In this document: piece after piece, positions 1 to 9,595 of the stretch
How the letters are laid out: each line of letters starts with the position of its first letter
How positions within the stretch are numbered: the first letter of the stretch is position 1
From: Anaeromyxobacteraceae bacterium
Lineage (GTDB): Bacteria; Myxococcota; Myxococcia; Myxococcales; Anaeromyxobacteraceae
NCBI GenBank assembly: GCA_047602405.1
Contig: JASGHJ010000001.1
Coordinates: 2,330,423 to 2,394,422, forward strand
DNA: 64,000 bases
Reading direction: 5' to 3'
Notes under the pieces: generated by a model
Seen by the model: the letters and a program-made list of their open reading frames with translations, nothing else
What the model was told of the DNA's origin: nothing
Database searches by the model: none
Position numbers and translations under genes: made by a program

Positions 1-2332
1 TGAGCTCGAGCTCGACGCGCCGGAAGCGATCGAGCGGGTAGCGGATCGCCCCGACGAGGCCGAAGTCGCGCTGGTAGTAGACGAGGTTCGGGTCGAGCGA
101 GTCGAGGTTCTGCTGCACGAAGTGGAACCCACCGAGCACGAGGCCGTAGCGGTGCGAGCGGTTCTCGTACAGGAAGAGGCCCTGCGTGTAGTCGAAGGAG
201 CCGTACACCGCGAGGTCGACGTAGAGCTGGTTGTCGCGCAAGAGGTCGCTGAACAGCACCGCCGCGCGCCCGGCCACCGTGTTGCCGGCGCCGCCGCCGA
301 AGACGTAGCCGCCCTCGGGCCGCCAGTTCTTCATCGCGAACGCCTGGTAGTCCTTCGGCTGCTCGGGCCACTCGGCGCGCGGGATCTCGAGCGGCGGGCC
401 GGCCGCGGGGCCGACCGCGACGGGCTGGGACTCCTGCCAGGCGCTCTTCGGCACCTCCACGAGGCGGAAGCGGCCCGAGTTGAAGGTCGTCGCGAAGATG
501 CCGCGCGCCTTCGGGGCGGGGGCCGGACTCGAGAGGCCGGTCGTGAAGTCGGTGACCCGGCGGATCTGCGCGTCCTTGATCAGGTAGAGGTCGACCTTGC
601 CGTCGGAGTCGGACGCGTACAGCACCGAGCCGTCGGCCTGCGCGTAGGGGTGCCGGTCGTTGTGCGGGGCGGTGGTGAGCCGCACCTTCTCACCGGTGCC
701 CGCGTCGATGCGGAAGAGGTTGAGGAGGCCGTGGTCGGTCGCGTCGGAGGCGACGTAGATGCCGTCCGGGCCCCAGTGCAGGTCGCGCTCGACGTAGGGG
801 TCGTTCGTGAGCCGGCGCGCCTCGCCGCCCTCGATGCTCGCCACCCAGACGTCGGACTGCGCGTCGCCGGCCACGAGCGCCGAGAACGCGATGTGGCTGC
901 CGTCGGCCGAGAAGGCGGGGTCGGCGATCTGGATGAACTTGCGGTTGCCGGAGGCGGTGATCGCGAGCTTGCGGGTCTTGCCGAGGTCGATGGAGGGCGG
1001 CTTCCCCTCCTTGGCGTTCACGCGGTACCTGCGGACGTAGAGGCTGTCGCCCTGGCCGTCCTGCGCGGAGAACGCGAGGATGCCCGGGCCCACGGTGCCG
1101 ACCGCGAACTCGATGGGGTGGAGCGACTCGGTGCCGGGCTTCGAGTCGGAGGCGACCTCCTGCGCCGAGCGCGGGTTGCGCACGTCGAACAGGTAGAGCC
1201 GCGCGCGCCCCTTCTCGCGGTCGATGCCGCGCATGAGGATGAGCTGCCCGTCGGCGGAGGCGGTGAAGTCCTCCGGCTCCGCCGGCAGGTTCCGCAGCTC
1301 CTTCATCTGCGAGAGATCCTGCTTCGTCTTCAGGTACTGCGAGTAGTAGCGGCGCTTCAGCCAGGTCTTCCAGCGGGCCTCGACCTGCTCGAGCGGCTCG
1401 TCGAGCACGCGGCGCACGAGCGCGCCGAAGCTGCGGCCGCCCGGAGGCGCGCCGGCGCCGTCGCCGAGCAGGTACGCGTTCTCGATGAGGCCCTGGATCT
1501 TGTCGCGGCCGTACTCCTCGGCGATGAAGGCGACCCGCGCCTGGCCGAGCTTGTAGGTGGGGATGTACCCGCGGGCGCGATCCTCGGCGAAGGGGATCAT
1601 TATGTACCCCTCGCTCGGATCCGGGTTCCAGACGAGGTCGCGCAGGTAGCCCTCGGTCTCGGTGTCGAGCCCGCCCTTCGTGTAGTACTCGGCGATGCCC
1701 TCGGTGAACCAGAGCGGCAGGACGTTCGCGAGCGAGCCGAGGTCCTCGGCCTCCGACGCGTCGTTCAGCTTCTGGATCATGAACTGGTGCACCATCTCGT
1801 GGGTCGAGACCTCGATGAACTTGGAGTGATCCCCGAAGTAGGGGACCAGCATCCGGAGGTCGGACTGGTTCGAGGTGACGCCGAGGGTGGACTCGCCGAT
1901 CTGGAAGATGTTGGTGGCCTGGAACTCGCGCTGGGTCGCGTAGAGGAAGTAGGGGATGCGCTTCGTCGGCTGGTAGGCGAACTGGTCGACGAGGCGCGCG
2001 TACGCGCTCTGGATCGCGGGGAGCGCGCGCTGGGCCTGGGCGAGCGCGCTCTTGTAGTAGTAGAGCCGGATGCCGCCGCGGCCGCCGCCGGGCGCCGGCA
2101 CGTCGACGTACTCCCACTCGAAGTCGTACCAGGCGACCTTGTTCTGGCCGGGCCGCTCGGGGAGGACGTACGCCTGACGGAAGCCCCGCTCCGCCTCGCG
2201 GCGCTCCGCCTCCTCGCGGAGCCGGTCCATCCTGCGCAAGGAGTCGCCGATCGAGGGAGAGGAGAGGTTGAGGCCCTGGGCCGAGCCAGCGACCGGCGCG
2301 AGCGCGAGGGCGAGGAGGGCCAGTTTTCTCAT
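1..2332 (-). CDS. Secreted gluzincin-type peptidase + PD40/TolB-like propeller + probable outer-membrane beta-barrel protein (runs off window start)
   Basis: Not in the ORF track; translated by hand from ATG at 2332: signal peptide MRKLALLALALAPVAGSAQG, then THEMVHQF...PLWFTEGIAEYY (HEXXH + E), PD40-like repeats (DPAFSADG, DLHWGPDG) and aromatic beta-strand-like C-terminal part. Confidence 0.75.
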   Translation of the reverse strand, partial: MRKLALLALALAPVAGSAQGLNLSSPSIGDSLRRMDRLREEAERREAERGFRQAYVLPERPGQNKVAWYDFEWEYVDVPAPGGGRGGIRLYYYKSALAQAQRALPAIQSAYARLVDQFAYQPTKRIPYFLYATQREFQATNIFQIGESTLGVTSNQSDLRMLVPYFGDHSKFIEVSTHEMVHQFMIQKLNDASEAEDLGSLANVLPLWFTEGIAEYYTKGGLDTETEGYLRDLVWNPDPSEGYIMIPFAEDRARGYIPTYKLGQARVAFIAEEYGRDKIQGLIENAYLLGDGAGAPPGGRSFGALVRRVLDEPLEQVEARWKTWLKRRYYSQYLKTKQDLSQMKELRNLPAEPEDFTASADGQLILMRGIDREKGRARLYLFDVRNPRSAQEVASDSKPGTESLHPIEFAVGTVGPGILAFSAQDGQGDSLYVRRYRVNAKEGKPPSIDLGKTRKLAITASGNRKFIQIADPAFSADGSHIAFSALVAGDAQSDVWVASIEGGEARRLTNDPYVERDLHWGPDGIYVASDATDHGLLNLFRIDAGTGEKVRLTTAPHNDRHPYAQADGSVLYASDSDGKVDLYLIKDAQIRRVTDFTTGLSSPAPAPKARGIFATTFNSGRFRLVEVPKSAWQESQPVAVGPAAGPPLEIPRAEWPEQPKDYQAFAMKNWRPEGGYVFGGGAGNTVAGRAAVLFSDLLRDNQLYVDLAVYGSFDYTQGLFLYENRSHRYGLVLGGFHFVQQNLDSLDPNLVYYQRDFGLVGAIRYPLDRFRRVELEL

Positions 2333-2433
2333 GCAGTGAGCGTACGTAGGGGACTCCAGGGGAGCGAGCAACCGAAAGGATACCCTGTGCAGCGGACGGT
2401 CCGTCGAGCGCAGCGAACGGCGCTCCGTGCCGG

Positions 2434-2898
2434 TCAGGGCTCCTCGCGGATCCCGTGACGCACACCGCCTACCTCGAGGACCCACCCCGTCCCTGCAGGG
2501 TCCTCCTCCAGTCTCAGCCCGAGGGCGATCTGCGCACCGCGGGAGAAGCGCGCACGCTCCCCCTCGCCGAGTTCACACCTGAGGACCCCGTCACGGGCCA
2601 CCGTGAGCGTGGCGAGGTCGAGCGGTTCCTCGCGCCCGCCCGCGAGCCGCACCGACGGACGCGCCCCGTCGAGGTCGACGGCCTGCACGATCCAGGGCGT
2701 CTCGCCGACCGCGACGTACGCCTGCTCCCGCCCGATCGCGATCCGCCAGCGCCCCGCCGCGTCCCGCGCGAGCGACCCCCACAGGACGGAGAGCGTTCTC
2801 GCGTGGGTGATGGGCTCGCCGTGGTGGAGGAACCGCCCCTCCTCGTCGATGGCGAGCCCGCTGTGGGACCGGAGGAGCTCGAGGGCGGCCTCGTCCAT
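2434..2898 (-). CDS. DUF1285-like hypothetical protein
   Basis: LAIDEEGRFLHHGEPITH N-terminus and AYVAVGETPWIV, as in this family. Confidence 0.6.
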   Translation of the reverse strand: MDEAALELLRSHSGLAIDEEGRFLHHGEPITHARTLSVLWGSLARDAAGRWRIAIGREQAYVAVGETPWIVQAVDLDGARPSVRLAGGREEPLDLATLTVARDGVLRCELGEGERARFSRGAQIALGLRLEEDPAGTGWVLEVGGVRHGIREEP

Positions 2899-2912
2899 GG
2901 CTTGATCCTAAC

Positions 2913-2996
2913 CCGTTCATCCCGAGCGTACCTCGACTCCGGCCCCTGCTGACGCAGGGGCCTACGCTCGGTATGGGCGGACGAAGTCGAGGGACG
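2913..2996 (+). repeat. Nested REP-like palindromic element (GTAG family), copy 1
   Basis: ccgttcatcccgagcgta...ggcccctgctgacgcaggggcc...gaagtcgagggacg; closely matches the reverse complement of 3477-3561. Confidence 0.8.
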
Positions 2997-3035
2997 TTGC
3001 GCCCCCGCGGAGGGCAGGGTACGACCACCGCGCCG

Positions 3036-3476
3036 ATGATCCCCGCCCGACTTCCCGCCGTCCGCATCCGCTGTCCGCAGGAGCACGAGGCCCGCGTGTC
3101 GCGCGCGCTCGCCGCCGCGGGCTTCACCCCCGAGCGCTCGCTCACCTGGCTCGTGGTGCGCGACGCCGATCCCGACGCGGTGAACGAGGCGCTCGTCGCC
3201 GGCGGGGCCGTGCCGCGGGTCGCCGTGCGCGAGCGCATCGGCCAGCTCGTGGGCTGGGTCCTCGACCGCGAGGGGCAGATGGACGGCCGTGCGGCGAACG
3301 TCGAGATGCTCGTGAAGAAGGTCCTCGACGACGCCGGGCTCGCGGCCGCGCTGAAGCCGCGCCCGGCCGACGCCCTCCTCGCCGCCGCCCGGGCGCTCCA
3401 CGAGCACCTCATGGCGACCGGCGCCGGGTTCGTGTCCTGGACCCGGTTCGCCGAGGCGTTCTGCGAGGCCGTGTAG
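3036..3476 (+). CDS. Hypothetical protein
   Basis: ATG at 3036 (MIPARLPAVRIRCPQEHE...), GC3-biased codons, lies between the two REP-like copies. Confidence 0.6.
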   Translation: MIPARLPAVRIRCPQEHEARVSRALAAAGFTPERSLTWLVVRDADPDAVNEALVAGGAVPRVAVRERIGQLVGWVLDREGQMDGRAANVEMLVKKVLDDAGLAAALKPRPADALLAAARALHEHLMATGAGFVSWTRFAEAFCEAV

Positions 3477-3561
3477 CGTCCTTCGACTTCGGCCGCTCAT
3501 GCTGAGCGTAGGCCCCTGCGTCAAGCAGGGGCCGGAGTCGAAGCACGCTCAGGATGAGCGG
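3477..3561 (-). repeat. Nested REP-like palindromic element, copy 2 (inverted relative to copy 1)
   Basis: cgtccttcgacttcggccgctcatgctgagcgtaggcccctgcgtcaagcaggggccggagtcgaagcacgctcaggatgagcgg; overlaps the cinA stop codon. Confidence 0.8.
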
Positions 3562-4791
3562 CCGTGCTCGATCGCCCGGCGCAGCAGGTCCAGCGCCTCG
3601 TACGCCGCCGAGCGCTGCACGCGCGGGCGGTCGCCGCGGAACTGGCGAAGCGCGTGGGTGGTCCCGTCCGGCCCGGCGACCGCGAGGTGCACCGTGCCGA
3701 CCGGCTTCTCCGGCGTGCCGCCCGAGGGGCCGGCGATGCCGGTGACGCCGACGCCGTAGGTCGCGCCGCCGAGCCTTCGCACGCCCTCGGCGAGCGCGCG
3801 CGCGACCGGCTCGGACACGGCGCCGTGCGCGGCGAGCAGCGCGGCGGGGACGCCGACGACGCCCTCCTTCACGGCGTTCGCGTAGGCGACCACGCCGAGG
3901 TCGAGCACGTTCGAGGCGCCCGGGACCGCGGTGAGGAGCGAGGCGAGGAGCCCGCCGGTGCAGCTCTCGGCGAGCGCGACCTTCTCGCCGCGCGCCTGGA
4001 GCCGCGCGACGACGAGCGCGGGCAGCTCGTCCTTCGCTTGGCCCCGAGATCCGGTCGCCGAAGGCGGCGCGCACCGCGGCCTCGATGCGGTCGGCGTGGG
4101 CGGCGGCGTCGGGGCCGGTCACGGTCCACTTCACGTGGACCTCCGGCCAGTGCGCGCGGTAGCCCCAGCGCACGCCGGCGTTCGCGGGGTCGTCCATGAT
4201 CGGCCGCATCGCGTGGTCGGCGTGCGACTCCGGGACGCCGATGAGCTTCACGACGCGCGCGGCGGGGGCCGCGCCGAGGCGGGCGGCGACGCGCGGCAGC
4301 ACCCACTCGTCGCACAGGCCCCTGTACTCGAGCGGCACGCCGGGCAGGCACACGAGCTCGCCCTTGCCCACGCGAACCGCGAAGCCGGGCGCGCTGCCGA
4401 AGCGGTTCGGGACGACCTCCGCACCGCGCGGGAAGTCGGCCTGCTTCAGGTTGTTGGGCGTGAGCGCGCGGCCGAACGAGCGGAAGCGCTCCTCGAGGGC
4501 GGTCACGGTCGGCGCGTGGCGCTCGAGCGGCACGCCGAGCACGCCCGCCACGACCTCGCTCGTGAGGTCGTCCTCGGTCGGGCCCATGCCGCCGGACAGC
4601 ACGACGAGGTCGGCGCGCGCGGTGGTCTCGCGGATGGCGCGGTCGAGGTCGGCGCGGTCGTCGCCGACGAGGGTCTTCCGGCGCACCATCACGCCGAGGT
4701 CCCACAGCCGGTCCATCAGCCAGGGCGAGTTCGTGTCCACCACCTGCCCGGTGAGGAGCTCGTCGCCGGTCGCGAGCAGCTCGACGTCCAT
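3549..4791 (-). CDS. cinA: CinA-family protein (MoCF-like domain + NMN deamidase PncC domain); frameshift near 4045
   Basis: ELLATGDELLTGQVVDTNSPWL, GGMGPTEDDLT; the second frame gives AESCTGG and GVTGIAGPSGGTPEKPVGTV. Confidence 0.9.
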
Positions 4792-4809
4792 CGCGGTGAT
4801 CTCCCGTGT

Positions 4810-5391
4810 CTACAGGCCGCACCACCAGCCGCCGGCGTCGCAGCCGGCGTACCGCGCGAGCGCCCAGCCGACGAGCCGGAGCAGCGCCCACGCCCAGACG
4901 CCCGCCGCCACGTCGTCGAGGATGACCGCGGGGGCGTTCTTCATGCGGTCGAACGCGGACGCGGGCCACGGCTTCAGGACGTCGCAGGCGCGGAAGAGCG
5001 CGAAGCCGAGCAGCGCGGACGAGAAGGTGAAGGGCACGGCCAGCATCGTGACGAGGTAGCCCGCCACCTCGTCGATGACGATGGGCGAGGCGTCGGTCAC
5101 GCCCCAGTACTTCCCGGCGTGGCCCGCCGCGACGATGCCGACCACCGTCACGATCGCAGCGATGGCGAGCTCGCCGCCGACGCCGAGCTTCGAGGCGGCC
5201 CAGGCGAGCGGGATGGCGCCGAGCGTGCCGAACGTGCCGGGGGCGACCGGGACGAAGCCGCACGGGCCCCAGGCCGCGAGGATCGTCCAGCCGCCGGGCG
5301 GGCCCGCCGGGCGCGGGCCGCGGCGGACGCGGTAGAAGCGGGAGAGGCCTGACGGGGGCGGGCTTCCGGGCGACGGCTCGGGCGCGGACAC
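4810..5391 (-). CDS. pgpA: Phosphatidylglycerophosphatase A
   Basis: APGTFGTL, IVIDEVAG, FRACDVLKPWP, ILDDVAAG motifs; start position uncertain. Confidence 0.9.
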   Translation of the reverse strand: MSAPEPSPGSPPPSGLSRFYRVRRGPRPAGPPGGWTILAAWGPCGFVPVAPGTFGTLGAIPLAWAASKLGVGGELAIAAIVTVVGIVAAGHAGKYWGVTDASPIVIDEVAGYLVTMLAVPFTFSSALLGFALFRACDVLKPWPASAFDRMKNAPAVILDDVAAGVWAWALLRLVGWALARYAGCDAGGWWCGL

Positions 5392-5395
5392 GCTC

Positions 5396-6253
5396 TTAGA
5401 TGTACTCGTCCTGCCGCCGCTTGTCGCCCTCGGCATCGTCGTCGTCCGCCTCGAGCGCCTCGTCGGCCTCGATCTCGGCGCGGACGTCGGCGGGCAGCGC
5501 GGCCGGGTCGACGCGCGGGCGGGAGAGCGCGAGCAGCGCCTCGGCGAGCCCCATCGCGACGTACGCGGCGACGAACACGAGCAGCACGAAGGACGCGCGG
5601 GTCGCCATCCCGACGGCGACGCCGGCCACGCACATGAACGCGAAGATGGTGAGGCTCTTCGCGGAGAGGTGGACGTCCTTGAAGGTGCGGTAGCGCACCG
5701 TCGACACCATGAGGAACGCGAGCAGCGCCACGACCACCAGGATGGGGATCCGGTCGGCGGCGCTCGTCGAGCTCTCGTAGGTCCGGTAGTGCGCGATGAC
5801 GAGCGCGACGATCGCGCCCGCCGCGAGCGGGATGGGGAGCCCCACGAAGAAGCGCGAGGAGCCCTTGTCGCCGCGCATCGCGAGCACGTTGAAGCGGGCG
5901 AGGCGGAGCGCGCCGCAGGCGAGGAACGAGAAGGAGACGAAGAAGCCCGCGAAGCCGAGCGGGGCGAGCGCCCACTTGAAGACGAGGAGCGCGGGCGCCG
6001 CGCCGAACGAGATGACGTCGGCCAGGCTGTCGAGCTGCATGCCGAAGTCCGACTGCGTCTTCGTCATGCGGGCGACGCGCCCGTCGAACGCGTCGAAGAA
6101 GAGGGCGAAGAAGATCGCGAGGGCGGCCTGGTAGAGCTGGGCCGGGCTGGGGTCCCCCGCGCAGAGCACGAGCGCGTAGAACCCGAGCAGGATCGAGCTG
6201 ACCGTGAACAGGTTCGGGAGGACGAACATCGCCTTGCGAAGGTTCAGCTGCAT
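5396..6253 (-). CDS. pssA: CDP-diacylglycerol-serine O-phosphatidyltransferase
   Basis: LPNLFT, DAFDGRVARMTKTQSDFGMQLDSLADVISFG, LRLARFN. Confidence 0.92.
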   Translation of the reverse strand: MQLNLRKAMFVLPNLFTVSSILLGFYALVLCAGDPSPAQLYQAALAIFFALFFDAFDGRVARMTKTQSDFGMQLDSLADVISFGAAPALLVFKWALAPLGFAGFFVSFSFLACGALRLARFNVLAMRGDKGSSRFFVGLPIPLAAGAIVALVIAHYRTYESSTSAADRIPILVVVALLAFLMVSTVRYRTFKDVHLSAKSLTIFAFMCVAGVAVGMATRASFVLLVFVAAYVAMGLAEALLALSRPRVDPAALPADVRAEIEADEALEADDDDAEGDKRRQDEYI

Positions 6254-6311
6254 GAGCGCAGGTGGTCTCCCGGAGGGCCCCGCGGGGGGCTTCCACGAAG
6301 GGCAGAAGGTG

Positions 6312-7388
6312 TCACTTCAGGGGCCGTTTGTCGAGAGGGGTCGCGGGTTTGGCTCCCGTGCAAGGGACCGGACCCCGCTCGCCTGGCCCGAGCGTCATCC
6401 GCGAGCCGGAGGCGCAGTCGACCACCCTCAACGGATCCGTCCACCAGAGGTTCTTCCGGGCCGCGACCTGGGCGCCGCCCGTGGCGAGGACCCCCGGGCC
6501 GCGCCCGCCGCAGGCGTTCCCGGCGAGCTCCGCCCGGGCGCCGCCGAGGAAGAGGAGGCAGCCCGACACGCCGCCCGAGGCGTCGACGCCGGTGAGGTGC
6601 ACCGAGCCGCCCAGGGCCTGCAGCGCGGCGCCGCCGCAGCGCGCCAGCATGCCGCCCGTGAGGCGGACCGTGGCCTTGCGGGCGAGGAGGCACGCGCCGG
6701 GGATCTCGTCCTCCTGGACGCCCGCGCCCACCACCGTCACCTCGTCGCCCTCGACCTCGGCACCGCTCGACGCCGACACGCCGACGTCGCCGGGCGCGAA
6801 CACGACCACGAGCGAGAGCCGCGTCCTGCCGCTCGCCGCGACCAGCGCGGCCTCGGCCGCGCGCCCCGCCGACAGCGTGAACCGCTCGAGCGCGAGCGCG
6901 CCGCCGTTCACGAGCACCGCCGCGCGCTCGCCGCGGCCGTCGCCGTCCGAGAGCGACGCGTCGCCGCCCGCCACGACCAGCGCCGTGCGCCCGTGCAGCG
7001 AGAGGCCCTTGCCGCGGAGCGCCCCGGCGTCGACGCGGACGCCGCACGCCCCGCCGGTGAGGCCGACGTCGTCGAGCGAGGCCGTGCCCGCCCGGACCAC
7101 GAGCCCGCAGCGCTCGGGGCCCGCGCGCAGCGTGAGCCCGGAGAGCGAGACCTCGCCGCCGGCCGCCCAGGCGCCGTCGACGCCCTCCGGCGCCTCGACG
7201 ACCGTGAGCCCCGCGCCGGCGCCCTCGACGCGGACGCCGCGGAGCGAGCCGAGCGCCGCGACGTGCCGGCCCGCGGGCACGCGGACGACGTCGCCCGGTC
7301 GCGCCCGTCCGACCACCTCGGCGAGGTCCGCGCCGGGGGGCACGTCGAGCGTCGCGGCCAGGAGGAAGGAGACGAGGGCGGAGACCAT
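6312..7388 (-). CDS. Secreted protein, probable right-handed beta-helix
   Basis: ATG 7388 MVSALVSFLLAATLDVPPGADLAEVV..PGDVVRVPAGRH; repetitive Gly/Ala/Val beta pattern. Confidence 0.55.
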   Translation of the reverse strand: MVSALVSFLLAATLDVPPGADLAEVVGRARPGDVVRVPAGRHVAALGSLRGVRVEGAGAGLTVVEAPEGVDGAWAAGGEVSLSGLTLRAGPERCGLVVRAGTASLDDVGLTGGACGVRVDAGALRGKGLSLHGRTALVVAGGDASLSDGDGRGERAAVLVNGGALALERFTLSAGRAAEAALVAASGRTRLSLVVVFAPGDVGVSASSGAEVEGDEVTVVGAGVQEDEIPGACLLARKATVRLTGGMLARCGGAALQALGGSVHLTGVDASGGVSGCLLFLGGARAELAGNACGGRGPGVLATGGAQVAARKNLWWTDPLRVVDCASGSRMTLGPGERGPVPCTGAKPATPLDKRPLK

Positions 7389-7396
7389 GGCGGCCC

Positions 7397-8371
7397 CTAG
7401 CGTACGCCCGGCCCGTCCACGGGGCCCATCGCCATGGTGCCACCCAGCCAGTCGAGCGGATCCTCGGGCTCGCCGCCGCGCCAGACCTCGAAGTGGAGGT
7501 GCGGCCCGGTGGCGCGCCCCGTCGCTCCGACGAGGCCGAGCGGCTGGCCGGCGTCCACCGCGTCGCCCGGGCCGCACAGGAGCGCCGAGAGGTGGCCGTA
7601 GCGCGTCGTCACGTCGCCGGGGTGCCGCACCTCCACGAGGATCCCGTAGCCGCCCACCCAGCCCGCGCGCACCACGTAGCCGCGCGCGGCGGACTGCACG
7701 ACGTTGCCCCGCTGGCCGGTGAGGTCGACGCCCGCGTGCAGGATGCGGCGGTGCTCGATGGGGTGGAAGCGCATGCCGAAGGTGGAGGAGACGCCGGCGT
7801 GCTCGACCGGCCAGCGCAGGCGCGCGGGCGCGGCCTCGCGGAAGAGCGCGAGGCCGAGCGCGCGGGCGGCGTCGAGCCGGCGCGCGAGGCGGCCGAGGCG
7901 GGCGCTCACCGCGGCGGCGAGCGGCGCGGGCGGCGGGCCGTACCGGCGCTGGTCGTAGTCCCACTCGGCCTCGACCGTGACCCGCGCGCGGACGAGCTCG
8001 AGCAGCGGGGTCTGCGGGAGCGCCCGGCCGAGGTAGGCGTCGAGCTCGGCGGAGAGCCCGCCCCAGCCGCGCACGGCGTCCTCGGGGAAGCCGCGGCCCG
8101 CGGGGACGCGCGCGCGGCGGCCGCGGGCCTCGGCGGCGAAGCGCAGGAGCGCGCCGTCGATGGGCGGGCCCTCCGGCGCCTCGGACGCGATCGACTCGGG
8201 CGCGGCGTCGGCGGGAGGTGCGGGCGCACCCTCGGGTTCGGCGGGCTCCAGCGCGCCACCCCGGAAGCCGGCCTCGACGAAGCTCATCTTCGCCGCGGGG
8301 TGGGCGCAGCCTGCCGCGATCACGGAGATCGCGATCGCGAGGTGGAGGCGGCGCTCGGCGGAGGTGGACAC
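7397..8371 (-). CDS. M23 family metallopeptidase (lipoprotein-like)
   Basis: SSTFGMRFHPI, HAGVDL, YGHLS, TGPHLHFEV. Confidence 0.9.
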   Translation of the reverse strand: MSTSAERRLHLAIAISVIAAGCAHPAAKMSFVEAGFRGGALEPAEPEGAPAPPADAAPESIASEAPEGPPIDGALLRFAAEARGRRARVPAGRGFPEDAVRGWGGLSAELDAYLGRALPQTPLLELVRARVTVEAEWDYDQRRYGPPPAPLAAAVSARLGRLARRLDAARALGLALFREAAPARLRWPVEHAGVSSTFGMRFHPIEHRRILHAGVDLTGQRGNVVQSAARGYVVRAGWVGGYGILVEVRHPGDVTTRYGHLSALLCGPGDAVDAGQPLGLVGATGRATGPHLHFEVWRGGEPEDPLDWLGGTMAMGPVDGPGVR

Positions 8372-8506
8372 GACGCGGTCGAGCGTAGCACGCGCCGTTC
8401 CACTCCCAGGGAAGTGAGTCCGCTGTGGGTGAACGTCGGAGAACCGCGCGTCCCGTGCCCCCGGGACGGGATGGCGGGCGATGTCGGCTGCCCGCTCGAC
8501 CGTCGG

Positions 8507-9532
8507 TCAGGCCGCGGCGAGCGCCAGGGCGATGCGCTTCAGCGCCTCGTCGACGTCGGCGCGCGACACGTCGAGGTGCGTGACGAAGCGGACGAGCTCC
8601 GGGCGCGAGCCCTCGGGGTTCGCGAGCACGCCCGCCTCCGCGAGGCGCCTCGCGAGCGGTGCGGCCGGGCGGGCGAACGAGGCGAACACGAGGTTCGTCT
8701 CGACCGGGAAGGCGATCGTGCCGCCGAGCGCGGCGAGCCCGGCCGCGAGCCGCCGTGCGTTCTCGTGATCCTCCACGAGCCGGTCCACGTGGTGGTCGAG
8801 CGCGTGGAGCCCCGCGGCGGCGAGCACGCCGGCCTGGCGCATGCCGCCGCCGAGGCGCTTCCTCAGCCGCCGGGCCTCGGCGACGAGGTCCCGGGGGCCG
8901 CACACGGCCGAGCCCGCCGGCGCGCCGAGCCCCTTCGAGAGGCAGATGCTCGCGAGCGTCGCCTCCGCGGCGTACGCCGCCGGCGCGTGGCCGGAGGCGG
9001 CGCACGCGTTCATGAGCCGGGCGCCGTCGAGGTAGAGGTGCAGGCCGTGGCGCCGCGCGACCTCGCCGAGGGCCTGGACGCGCGCGAGCGGGTAGACCGC
9101 GCCGCCGCCGCGGTTGTGGGTGTTCTCGAGCTCGACGACCCGGGTGCGCGGGTAGACGTCGCCCTGCGGGCGGATCGCGGCCTCGACGGCGGCGGGGTCG
9201 AGGAGGCCGCGCTCCGCGGCGATCGTGCGGGCCTGCACGCCCCACAGCGCGGCGAGGGCGCCCGACTCGAAGGAGATGCAGTGGGCGCCGGCGTCGCACA
9301 CGATCTCGTCGCCGGGGCGGGTCAGCACGCCGAGCGAGACCTGGTTCGCCATCGTGCCCGACGGCACGAAGAGCCCCACCTCCTTGCCGAGGAGCGCCGC
9401 CACCCGCTCCTGCAGCCGGATGACGGTGGGGTCCTCGCCGTAGACGTCGTCCCCCACCTCGGCCCTCGCCATGGCCTCCCGCATCGAGGGGGTGGGCCGC
9501 GTGACCGTGTCGCTCCTCGGATCGATGACCAT
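8507..9532 (-). CDS. ltaE: Low-specificity L-threonine aldolase
   Basis: [44 protein letters not shown]. Confidence 0.93.
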   Translation of the reverse strand: MVIDPRSDTVTRPTPSMREAMARAEVGDDVYGEDPTVIRLQERVAALLGKEVGLFVPSGTMANQVSLGVLTRPGDEIVCDAGAHCISFESGALAALWGVQARTIAAERGLLDPAAVEAAIRPQGDVYPRTRVVELENTHNRGGGAVYPLARVQALGEVARRHGLHLYLDGARLMNACAASGHAPAAYAAEATLASICLSKGLGAPAGSAVCGPRDLVAEARRLRKRLGGGMRQAGVLAAAGLHALDHHVDRLVEDHENARRLAAGLAALGGTIAFPVETNLVFASFARPAAPLARRLAEAGVLANPEGSRPELVRFVTHLDVSRADVDEALKRIALALAAA

Positions 9533-9595
9533 GCGGGGTTCTCTGATAGCATGACCGGACCCTGGACCGCCGCTGGCGGAAGCTGGAGACACCGG

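Noticed and set aside
122..2458. 778-aa plus-strand ORF and other long Arg/Ala/Pro-rich ORFs (e.g. 7493-10993, 25180-28653, 34443-38693)
   Set aside because: Antisense or off-frame shadows of real genes, expected in high-GC DNA; no motifs except where they run into a real gene.
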